The notes under the pieces: generated by a model
Database searches by the model: none
Told to the model about the DNA's origin: nothing
Seen by the model: the letters and a program-made list of their open reading frames with translations, nothing else
DNA from: a virus
Taxonomy: Duplodnaviria > Caudoviricetes
Length of the DNA stretch: 28,711 nucleotides
Reading direction: 5' to 3' (one strand)
Virus record (IMG/VR): IMGVR_UViG_3300020043_005973
Span: 1 to 28,711 of that record
Position numbers and translations under genes: made by a program
Shown: positions 7,877-15,361 of the stretch, in pieces
Numbering within the stretch: the first letter of the stretch is position 1
How the letters are laid out: each line of letters opens with the position of its first letter

Positions 7877-8080
7877 TTATTCTGACACGAATTCATATTC
7901 GTAAGAAATTATTTTTAGATCATCACGATCTTCTGATTCATTACAATCATCTTCTTGTTGTTCAATTTGACCTTGAACATCACAGTCATCCTCATCATCA
8001 TAAGGACCAATTTCGAACCATTCATTTACATAGGTGGTGTCATTCCACTTGATGTTGAAAACTCTTAATACTTTTTCCAT
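7877..8080 (-). CDS. Small highly acidic protein (67 aa)
   Basis: D/E-rich core (YDDEDDCD, QEDDCNESEDRDD); own promoter at 8110..8103. Confidence 0.7.
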   Translation of the reverse strand: MEKVLRVFNIKWNDTTYVNEWFEIGPYDDEDDCDVQGQIEQQEDDCNESEDRDDLKIISYEYEFVSE

Positions 8081-8102
8081 AGTTGTTGTTTTTTAATTTT
8101 TA

Positions 8103-8110
8103 CAAAGGTA
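8103..8110 (-). promoter_or_regulatory. Bacteroidota -7 element TACCTTTG
   Basis: Same cassette as at 7865 and 5187. Confidence 0.65.
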
Positions 8111-8115
8111 AGGAA

Positions 8116-8463
8116 TTATTTTTGATTTACTTGATCATATTTCTCAATGAATGGATTTGCAACTTTTTTAATAAAAATTACTCTGATTTTTTCCAATTCA
8201 GAATCAGAGACCTTTCCATCGACCCACAAAGAAAGAGTCGTCATGGATGTCTCATCGATCACTTTGAGCAATTGTTGATCTTTTGTAGAATCACCAATCA
8301 AAGTAAAAGTTAAACCAGTTCTTAACAGGGTGTCTTTCACTTTCTCGATGTCACTTAACATTTTTTTCATAGTAGGGTATTGGTCATTGTAGTTGTCCTT
8401 AAAAAACCCTCTGAATTTTCCTTGTAGAGATTGTAACTTTTGTAGTCTTTGTAGTTTTTTCAT
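8116..8463 (-). CDS. Hypothetical early protein (115 aa)
   Basis: Own promoter TTTG-N20-TACCTTTG and leader AAACAACAAACAAT-ATG. Confidence 0.7.
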   Translation of the reverse strand: MKKLQRLQKLQSLQGKFRGFFKDNYNDQYPTMKKMLSDIEKVKDTLLRTGLTFTLIGDSTKDQQLLKVIDETSMTTLSLWVDGKVSDSELEKIRVIFIKKVANPFIEKYDQVNQK

Positions 8464-8483
8464 ATTGTTTGTTGTTTAGAGAA

Positions 8484-8515
8484 CAAAGGTACGGGCAAAA
8501 AAAATGACCACCAAA
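8484..8515 (-). promoter_or_regulatory. Bacteroidota promoter TTTG-N20-TACCTTTG
   Basis: -7 element at 8491..8484; the TTTG element lies inside the upstream terminator stem. Confidence 0.75.
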
Positions 8516-8533
8516 TTTATTTTGATGATCATT
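8497..8533 (-). terminator. Rho-independent terminator
   Basis: AATGATCATCAAA-ataaa-TTTGGTGGTCATT (G-U pairs only on the minus strand) followed by a U-run. Confidence 0.75.
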
Positions 8534-8555
8534 CTTTTAAACAAATAAATAAACC

Positions 8556-8831
8556 CTATTCATATATGTCCAAATCTAATATATGTTTTCCGATCAATAC
8601 AACCTCATCACCAAGTGGAGTTGGAACCTCCATGATTTTGGGGTTTAAAAAGATCCCTGCATATACTGTGATCGGGGACACACCGAATCCATTCTTGGAA
8701 CCATCCATCAAGATCTCCTCCAAATTTCCGTTCCTAACAGCAACTCCATACAACTCAATGTCCCATATTACAAACACCTCCTGTTGATTAGGCATTATAA
8801 ATGTCAGAACTACCTCATATTTTTTTTCCAT
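8556..8831 (-). CDS. Hypothetical protein (91 aa)
   Basis: Overlaps the upstream ORF; followed by a terminator. Confidence 0.65.
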   Translation of the reverse strand: MEKKYEVVLTFIMPNQQEVFVIWDIELYGVAVRNGNLEEILMDGSKNGFGVSPITVYAGIFLNPKIMEVPTPLGDEVVLIGKHILDLDIYE

Positions 8832-9030
8832 ACTTCTTGCTTAAATATTGTTTCATGGTTTCCATTCTTTCTTTAACCTCTTTGGTTGGTCCCAATTGAC
8901 AGAATTGTACCAATACATCTGTGACCAAACAGATGTCCAATAGATCAGGTCTAATTTGATGATCAACGAACCATTGTCTTGAAAGGTGCGATTGATTTTG
9001 CCATACGATTTGTTCTTCTTTCGTTCTCAT
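8815..9030 (-). CDS. Hypothetical protein (71 aa)
   Basis: ATG 2 nt after the stop of the 9033..9203 ORF. Confidence 0.7.
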   Translation of the reverse strand: MRTKEEQIVWQNQSHLSRQWFVDHQIRPDLLDICLVTDVLVQFCQLGPTKEVKERMETMKQYLSKKYGKKI

Positions 9031-9032
9031 AA

Positions 9033-9203
9033 TTAATTGTTTTGTGCAAAGTTATTAAATCCTTGTGAATCAGCCAACATCTCTTCATAAGCAGATTGTT
9101 CAGCCTTCTTTTGTTCCAACCACATTTCATATTCGTGGTCGAACATAATGTCGAATTCTTCATTCGTTAAGTAATCATCCAATAGTCTTTTAATTTGTCC
9201 CAT
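9033..9203 (-). CDS. Small acidic protein, 56 aa (MGQIKRLLDDYLTNEEFDIMFDHEYEMWLEQKKAEQSAYEEMLADSQGFNNFAQNN)
   Basis: Translated by hand; A-rich leader, upstream promoter and tight coupling to the next gene. Better supported than the track ORF 8963..9163. Confidence 0.7.
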   Translation of the reverse strand: MGQIKRLLDDYLTNEEFDIMFDHEYEMWLEQKKAEQSAYEEMLADSQGFNNFAQNN

Positions 9204-9226
9204 AATTTATTCTTTTTATTAGATTA

Positions 9227-9255
9227 AGTATAGGGTATAGGAGGGTAAAGGTCAA
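9227..9255 (-). promoter_or_regulatory. -35/-10 type promoter TTGACC-N17-TATACT
   Basis: Hexamers at 9255..9250 and 9232..9227 with an exact 17-nt spacer. Confidence 0.55.
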
Positions 9256-9265
9256 TAGATCATAC

Positions 9266-9376
9266 AAAAAAAAGACCGAAAGTGGGTAAACAATCGGTCC
9301 TCGTATAAATAAGAAGTTAGTGAGTGGAAAAAAGAATAATGACAAGGTGTAAAAATAAACAACAACTCACTAACAA
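9266..9376 (-). ncRNA. Candidate small RNA (~110 nt)
   Basis: Upstream TTG-N19-TATATTTG promoter (-7 element at 9387..9380); 10-bp stem (9374..9365/9325..9316) enclosing a 39-nt U-rich loop; terminal hairpin GACCGA...TCGGTC followed by U8. Confidence 0.5.
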
Positions 9377-9425
9377 TTACAAATATAATCGTTGTGAATT
9401 ACAACTCAAGCCCTACAAAAATAAT

Positions 9426-9923
9426 TTAAAAATTAACTGGTTCCTCAATGATGTCATCATCATCTTCTTCACTCAATACAATAGTTGTGTTTGGTGAAAT
9501 AGATTTTGTTGCACATCTGGCATAAGCCTCTTGGTATGTAAAACCTTTTGACTTTTCTTTTGCAATACACATACCCAACGCAGAATCTTCGGGTACATCT
9601 CCGAACTCTTCCAATCTTGACCAGTATTTGTAATAGGCATTGAATGAATTCAAACAAAATCCCAACCTTTCTTTCATGTTTGGAAATTGATTTTTCATCT
9701 TTGAATTATTGGAACATCTTGTAATGAAAGACCCTCTTCCCTCTGACTTTCTTGGTTGTATTACAAATAGGTCTTCTTTGTCTGTTTTAGACATCTTCTC
9801 TGATGATTTGGAGTAACATATAGCAGCAGCCTGTTCCTGTCCGTATTCGTCTATAATTGAGGAAATACAACGACTTATAAAGTCTTGTTCTGGCTCACCT
9901 TTTTTTCTTGATGGGATCGGCAT
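9426..9923 (-). CDS. Protein made of three small Cys-containing helical repeats, possibly head-associated
   Basis: IPSRKKGE..DFISRC...QAAAICYS / QPRKSE..SFITRC...RLGFC / ALGMC...EAYARC. Confidence 0.65.
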   Translation of the reverse strand: MPIPSRKKGEPEQDFISRCISSIIDEYGQEQAAAICYSKSSEKMSKTDKEDLFVIQPRKSEGRGSFITRCSNNSKMKNQFPNMKERLGFCLNSFNAYYKYWSRLEEFGDVPEDSALGMCIAKEKSKGFTYQEAYARCATKSISPNTTIVLSEEDDDDIIEEPVNF

Positions 9924-9924
9924 G

Positions 9925-10179
9925 TTATAAACTTGATTTTAATCTCTTATTCTCTTGATGTAATTCGTCAACCTTTTTCTCCAACTCTTGAATTTTAATA
10001 TTCAATTCGTGGATCTCTTGCTTCAAATCGTCAATAATATTCTTATAAAGATTCACAGCAAGTTCAAGGTTTCTTAATACTTGATTGTCCGTCTCTGCTT
10101 GTTGTCTTTTTTTACCAACAAACCAAGCGGCAATTCCTGTTAAGGCATTTGAAACAAATAATAATAAAGTCTCGTTCAT
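9925..10179 (-). CDS. Single-TM coiled-coil protein, holin-like
   Basis: N-terminal hydrophobic helix LLLFVSNALTGIAAWFVG, then KKR and a long coiled coil. Confidence 0.5.
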   Translation of the reverse strand: MNETLLLFVSNALTGIAAWFVGKKRQQAETDNQVLRNLELAVNLYKNIIDDLKQEIHELNIKIQELEKKVDELHQENKRLKSSL

Positions 10180-10788
10180 TTAACAACCATAAATACAAGC
10201 ATATTCAGGTCCCGCATAGTATGTCATACCAGGGAAATTGAATCTGTTTATGTCAGCAGATCCTCCTGTGTCAGGAATATGTAGACCAGAAAAATATTGT
10301 TTTCCAAGATGTGGTCTAATACCATCATTACTTGTCCACTGCCAAACAAGTGGGTATAAATTTGAATTCCAAACAATCTGTTCAATAAGTCTTGCTTCGA
10401 AGAATTGTGATCTGTCATCAGCCTTCTTCTGCATATATTCCATCTCTTTAATTGTTACAGTATTTTCTGCACCTGTAACAATACCATTATTTTTAATTCT
10501 CATAAAAATTGATGGTAATGCTTCTGCGTAGGCTGCCCAAATTAACATTGGAGCGGCATAAAAATTTAAGAAATTTTCGTTGACTGTTGAAAGAGTCGAT
10601 CCTGAAACTTGATTTAATAACTCAACATAGAATCGCGACCCTATAATATATTCTAACTTGCTTTGTTGTACCATTTGAATAAACGGTAAAAGGACAGCAC
10701 TGGTTACATTCTGATCGATGTCAGTAAAGTTTTTCAGTTTGTTCTCACTGATTAAACAAATATTTTGGGGGACTATAAATTGACTCAT
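10180..10788 (-). CDS. Putative head-tail adaptor/connector
   Basis: Directly after portal (TAATG overlap); LISENKLKNFT-IDQNV...PFI..VQ...IG..FY pattern recalled from Bacteroidota phage neck proteins. Confidence 0.6.
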   Translation of the reverse strand: MSQFIVPQNICLISENKLKNFTDIDQNVTSAVLLPFIQMVQQSKLEYIIGSRFYVELLNQVSGSTLSTVNENFLNFYAAPMLIWAAYAEALPSIFMRIKNNGIVTGAENTVTIKEMEYMQKKADDRSQFFEARLIEQIVWNSNLYPLVWQWTSNDGIRPHLGKQYFSGLHIPDTGGSADINRFNFPGMTYYAGPEYACIYGC

Positions 10789-11996
10789 TATTGTTGTTGG
10801 ATTGTTTCATCTTTTATTTCATCAACTGAAACATCTCTTGTTTCATTGATGTCTTCAACTTTGATCGGGGCTTGATCTGCGATTGTAACCATATGGAATT
10901 GATCAACAATTATTTCTGCTGGTTTACGATCTCTTATTAATAAAATCTTGTCGAACACATTAAGGATCTCACGCTGTAAAGGCTTAATAACCAAATTATG
11001 GAAGTGATCTTGTGCTTCGAGGTGATCAGGAGTTCCAAGACCACCAGGAGTTATAATACCCAATAGTTCAGGTGAACTAATTTGATGTGATGTAAGGATC
11101 GCTTGTTGGATCATGTCGTTTAATTCCATCCACATCCTGTCAGATGAGTTGGATGCGATTGGTGTAATTTCTGGCGCCATGTCTCTTGAATCAGAGAATG
11201 TTAAAAATAATTTACCGGCTTGATTTGATCCACCATATTTCGCCATCATGTTTTTATAAATCTCTTCTCTCTGTTCAGGAGCGGGAACTCCCATTAACGA
11301 AACAAAAAGTGATGGACTTAATCCATTGATGATGTTGTTATAATGCCAGTTGAATACTTCAACCTGTGTGGCGATTGCTGTTGCAGATCCCCAATAAGTT
11401 GGGGTTGGGTAATAGTTATTTCCACAAGAGTGAGTTGTGTAATAAAATATTTGAGAAGGCTCTTCTGTATTTGCATTGAATGCTGGTATTCTTCTTGGAA
11501 CAAACTTTTTAGGGAATGCCCAATCTGCTGAATAATAGAAGTCTTCGATCCTGTCATTCATGTCAGTTTTACCTGCTCTTAATTTGGAAAAGTCTATGTA
11601 ATAAATTTCAAACCCTTGTTCACGATCTCTTCTCCAAACAATGTTAAGAGCGAATCCACCATATAAAATGAAATCGAGTGATGCTTTTGCATATACTTCA
11701 TATAAAGTGTCACCCAAAGAATTGACCATCATTAAACGATCATCATCACCTGATGCAAGTTTAATTCCTTCACCTCTTACTCCAAACCATTTTGAAGTAA
11801 TTGCGGCTCTATGTGTTGGCGATGTGTTGTATAAACGAATTAATTCTTGTGGAGCCAAATTAGCAACCCCGTACCACACATATGGAGTTCTTGTATTTAC
11901 GATTAGATTCTCCTCAATGATCGGAACTCTGGCAACTGCACCAAAATTAAAAACCTTCATAAGGTCATCACCATCATATTTTATTTCTTCACTCAT
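10788..11996 (-). CDS. Portal protein
   Basis: YNTSPTHRAAI..K...G.G, DFILYGGFALNIVW, YYPTPTY, HQISSPELLGI and VIKPLQ motifs; 402 aa. Confidence 0.88.
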   Translation of the reverse strand: MSEEIKYDGDDLMKVFNFGAVARVPIIEENLIVNTRTPYVWYGVANLAPQELIRLYNTSPTHRAAITSKWFGVRGEGIKLASGDDDRLMMVNSLGDTLYEVYAKASLDFILYGGFALNIVWRRDREQGFEIYYIDFSKLRAGKTDMNDRIEDFYYSADWAFPKKFVPRRIPAFNANTEEPSQIFYYTTHSCGNNYYPTPTYWGSATAIATQVEVFNWHYNNIINGLSPSLFVSLMGVPAPEQREEIYKNMMAKYGGSNQAGKLFLTFSDSRDMAPEITPIASNSSDRMWMELNDMIQQAILTSHQISSPELLGIITPGGLGTPDHLEAQDHFHNLVIKPLQREILNVFDKILLIRDRKPAEIIVDQFHMVTIADQAPIKVEDINETRDVSVDEIKDETIQQQ

Positions 11997-12034
11997 AATA
12001 TTAAATATAGTTTTTTAACACAATAATCATAGAC

Positions 12035-14704
12035 TTATAAAGCGTAAGTAATTTTCATTATTCCACTACCTCCGTTTCCACCAACTCCCGCTGTTCCAAC
12101 TGCTCCACCTCCACCATTTCCTGTGTTTGCAGATCCATTTGCTCCATTACCAACTCCACCTGAACATCCATAACTACCACCACCAATAGAATAACCTGGT
12201 TGATTATTTGATGATCCACCCTGTCCTCCTGCGGCACCACTCTGTCCATTATTACCTTGACCTGCCGTTCCTAACCCTCCATTTCCTGAAACTCCACAAG
12301 AGTTTCTTGAATTACCTCCACCACCGTTTCCACCATCAGAACCATTTTGTGCTGTGTTGTTTGAAAAACCTGCCGCTCCACCTCCACCACCAATTGCAGT
12401 GAATGTTAAGAATGTTGAATTTGAACCATTAGATCCTGCTACACCAGTTCCACTTCCTCCATTACCACCATTACCAATTGTAACAGTTCCACCAGTTGTG
12501 ATTGTAAATGCTGTGAAGATTTGACCTCCGCCACCTCCACCACCACCGGCTCCACCTGAATTACCACCACCGCCACCACCACCGGCACCGGCTACTAATA
12601 ATAATTCAACTGATCCACCTTGAATAACTGTTAAAGTTCCTCCTGATGTAAATGTATGTGTTCTGAATCCACCGGCATCGGTCACAGTACCACCACTTAA
12701 AATAACTTTTGGTTGAGTAGGGCTCGGAGTATTTGTTTGTGTGATCGTTTGCGTTGGAGTCATCGTGTTAGTTGGAGTAACACTCGGAGTTGGAGTTACT
12801 GTTTGTGATGCAGTTTGAGTTGGAGTTGCGGTTTGTGTTGCACTCACACTTGGAGTTGGAGTTGCAGTTTGACTTGCAGTAATACTTGGCGTTGGAGTAT
12901 TCGTCTGACTTGCAGTAATACTTGGAGTTGGGGTTGAAGTCCTCGTTGGAGTCATCGTGTTAGTTGGAGTAACACTTGGAGTGGGGGTAGGCGTAACTAA
13001 CCATTGAGAATATAACCACTTATTTTCAAGTTGTGTTCTAACAACATCAATAGCAACTTGATTAAGAACACGATCAAATACCAATATTTCCATAACCTCT
13101 GAAAGAGCCAAGAATTGTGATGTGGATCCCGATGGACCACCGACAGCAATTGATGTTATTGTGGTTGATGTTGTTCCTGTTTGCTTGGTTGTTAATGTAA
13201 CACCGTTTAACTGAACTTGTGAATTACCATTCGTTGTACCAGTTACAACACCCAAGAATAATCCTGATGATCTCGAAATCGTGTCACCTGAATTTTGTTC
13301 TAAATTTACAGACCAGTTGTCAGGAACAGCACCAACATAAACTCTGTCAGTTCCACCTCCCTGATTTTGTGAATATAAATAATAATTTGAATCGAAAACT
13401 GGCGAAGAAGTTGGACCATCCATTGAGAATGCAAACCCTTCGGATTCATCTCTACTAATACCAGCAACAAACATATATGTATAACCTGTGTCAGAGAATG
13501 AAATACCTGAAACAGACATAAATGTACCACCTGTTGAATTGATTCCATTGAACGAAACGCAATTGATTCCTGTCACTTGTGGGTTCAATGTAGATGCAGT
13601 ATAAACAGGTTGATTAACAGAATTTGATTGTATTAAATTATAACCATAAGGTCCTTTGTCGTTCCATTGAGAAACTTTGTTGTTGACATCTTTTGTTATT
13701 GTTGATGTGTCTGATGCATCAATCCAAAATCTCAATCCCAAATATGGCGGAGTAACACTCGGAGTAGGTGTCATCGTCATTGTCTGACTCGCAGTAATAC
13801 TCGGAGTTGGAGTCATCGTGTTAGTCGGAGTTGCTGTCGAAGTGCTTGTTTGCGTTGGAGTGGCAGTAGGAGTGCTCGAAACAGTCAAAGTTAATGTTGT
13901 TGTTGTGGTCGGAGTGGCAGTTTGCGTTGGAGTTGCAGTTTGTGTGTTAGTAGGGGTGTTACTCGGAGTTTGAGTCGGAGTGCTTGTAGATGTTTTAGTT
14001 GGAGTTGCAGTTTGGGTTGGTGTGTTTGTATTAGTTGGCGTGACAGTTTGACTCGCAGTAATACTTGGAGTTGGAGTCATCGTGTTAGTTGGAGTTGCAG
14101 TTTGAGTTGGAGTGCTTGTAGATGTTTTGGTTGGTGTTGCGGTCTGCGTTGGAGTTTTTGTTTGAGTGTTAGTTGGAGTCACCGTAGCAGTATTACTCGG
14201 AGTTTGCGTTGGAGTGCTCGTATTAGTTGGAGTTATAGTGGGGGTGGGAGTAACTGATGCTGTAACACTCGGAGTTGGTGAAGGCGGATTTAATTCACCA
14301 GGTGCAAAGATTATATTTGAGTTGTCCTCATCAGGAGAAATATACTCAATGTAATAATCATTTGTTGTATTGGCAGACATTGCGATTAATAACGCAAGAC
14401 CTGACTCAACTTTATTATAAGCGAGAGCAGGATTTAAGTTTGTTGATCCTGAAAACTGTTCATAGATTCCATAAATGTATTGTCCCTCATATGGGAATGC
14501 AATTTCACCAATACCTTGACCTTCAATAAATTCAAATTCATCATAACGAACTTGATGTGTTGAAATGTTAGGTAGAATAAAAGTAACTCTTTCCTTACTC
14601 ATTTTATGAGTGAAAGAAAATAACCATTCAGGATTCGCAAGTTCTGCGTTCTGTGAAACGGTTGTTATTATTTTATTTAATTGATTTGTTTTAAGTAGAA
14701 TCAT
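12035..14704 (-). CDS. Neck/head-closure-like domain fused to Thr/Pro stalks, a LamG-like domain and a glycine-rich domain
   Basis: ~140-aa N-terminal domain ([10 protein letters not shown]...[10 protein letters not shown]...VESG); two TP-repeat tracts; FWIDASD...VSQWNDK...EILVFDRVL LamG-like fold; [10 protein letters not shown]...[10 protein letters not shown]...[10 protein letters not shown] Gly-rich domain. ATG 14704 preferred because the GTG at 14722 lies in a hairpin. Confidence 0.75.
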   Translation of the reverse strand: MILLKTNQLNKIITTVSQNAELANPEWLFSFTHKMSKERVTFILPNISTHQVRYDEFEFIEGQGIGEIAFPYEGQYIYGIYEQFSGSTNLNPALAYNKVESGLALLIAMSANTTNDYYIEYISPDEDNSNIIFAPGELNPPSPTPSVTASVTPTPTITPTNTSTPTQTPSNTATVTPTNTQTKTPTQTATPTKTSTSTPTQTATPTNTMTPTPSITASQTVTPTNTNTPTQTATPTKTSTSTPTQTPSNTPTNTQTATPTQTATPTTTTTLTLTVSSTPTATPTQTSTSTATPTNTMTPTPSITASQTMTMTPTPSVTPPYLGLRFWIDASDTSTITKDVNNKVSQWNDKGPYGYNLIQSNSVNQPVYTASTLNPQVTGINCVSFNGINSTGGTFMSVSGISFSDTGYTYMFVAGISRDESEGFAFSMDGPTSSPVFDSNYYLYSQNQGGGTDRVYVGAVPDNWSVNLEQNSGDTISRSSGLFLGVVTGTTNGNSQVQLNGVTLTTKQTGTTSTTITSIAVGGPSGSTSQFLALSEVMEILVFDRVLNQVAIDVVRTQLENKWLYSQWLVTPTPTPSVTPTNTMTPTRTSTPTPSITASQTNTPTPSITASQTATPTPSVSATQTATPTQTASQTVTPTPSVTPTNTMTPTQTITQTNTPSPTQPKVILSGGTVTDAGGFRTHTFTSGGTLTVIQGGSVELLLVAGAGGGGGGGNSGGAGGGGGGGGQIFTAFTITTGGTVTIGNGGNGGSGTGVAGSNGSNSTFLTFTAIGGGGGAAGFSNNTAQNGSDGGNGGGGNSRNSCGVSGNGGLGTAGQGNNGQSGAAGGQGGSSNNQPGYSIGGGSYGCSGGVGNGANGSANTGNGGGGAVGTAGVGGNGGSGIMKITYAL
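12715..13000 (-). repeat. Thr/Pro/Ser coding repeat tract ([20 protein letters not shown])
   Basis: Recurrent GGAGT/TGGAGTCATCGTGTTAGTTGGAG units on the plus strand. Confidence 0.9.
13750..14285 (-). repeat. Thr/Pro/Ser coding repeat tract
   Basis: Recurrent [19 protein letters not shown] and [17 protein letters not shown] units. Confidence 0.9.
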
Positions 14705-14717
14705 GTGCGTAAAAATA

Positions 14718-14747
14718 ATCACAAGGGAAAGTTAATCCCCTTGTGAT
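14718..14747 (-). terminator. Hairpin/terminator after the tail tube gene
   Basis: 10-bp stem ATCACAAGGG...CCCTTGTGAT followed by TATTTTT on the minus strand. Confidence 0.7.
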
Positions 14748-14762
14748 GTATATTATTTTTTA

Positions 14763-15287
14763 TTACTGAACAGTAATACCAGCCGCAGCCGCAGAAAGAG
14801 ATGGTGAAACCTCATTCATTGGATTTGGTTCAAGGTATTGTAAAGTTATGTTATAACCTTGCTGATCTCCAAGAGCCTTACCAGTAACAGAACTACCAGC
14901 ACTTACATACATACCGTATGTTTGTCCCAAGTAGAAGTATTGTCCTATATTGTCTTCCATAACCACAGAAAGTTTCGGTGATTGTGCCAAAGTTTTAAGG
15001 ATGTTTCTCTTGTCTTGATCAAGTTTGTTGAAGTAAAGAACTAACTCACCTGTATAGAATACTGTTCCGTTTTCTAATGAAGCGTTTACAGTCTCTGTAA
15101 ATTGAGATGAAGTTCTAATCAATTCAAACTTGTAGTAAGTACCAGTACCTGAAATTTGAGTAATGGTGTCACCAGTTGATTGTGTTAAAGAAGTAATGTT
15201 GTCGAAGTCAGTCATCCAAACTGTTTGAACGCCACCAACTACATCTCTACATCCTAACGCAATTCCTGAATTTAAATTACAAGCCAT
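14763..15287 (-). CDS. Major tail (tube) protein
   Basis: MAC-L-SGIALGCRD-VGGV, ASLENGTVFY, TGKALGDQQGY-ITL...EP; 174 aa; follows the capsid gene. Confidence 0.75.
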   Translation of the reverse strand: MACNLNSGIALGCRDVVGGVQTVWMTDFDNITSLTQSTGDTITQISGTGTYYKFELIRTSSQFTETVNASLENGTVFYTGELVLYFNKLDQDKRNILKTLAQSPKLSVVMEDNIGQYFYLGQTYGMYVSAGSSVTGKALGDQQGYNITLQYLEPNPMNEVSPSLSAAAAGITVQ

Positions 15288-15329
15288 TTTATATTAATTT
15301 ATTAGATTAGTTTATTTTATTTTATTAAA

Positions 15330-15355
15330 GTGAGAGGTATATTTCAACCTCTCAC
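15330..15355 (-). terminator. Hairpin after the spliced capsid stop codon
   Basis: 9-bp stem GTGAGAGGT/ACCTCTCAC a few nt after TAA 15364..15362; short U tract. Confidence 0.65.
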
Positions 15356-15361
15356 AATTAA

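Noticed and set aside
8963-9163. Track ORF of 66 aa
   Set aside because: It overlaps the better-supported 9033..9203 ORF (promoter, leader, coupling) and the 8815..9030 gene.
12715-14285. Repeat tracts as a CRISPR or TIGR-like array
   Set aside because: They are degenerate, in-frame Thr/Pro codon repeats inside one long ORF, with no fixed repeat-spacer period.
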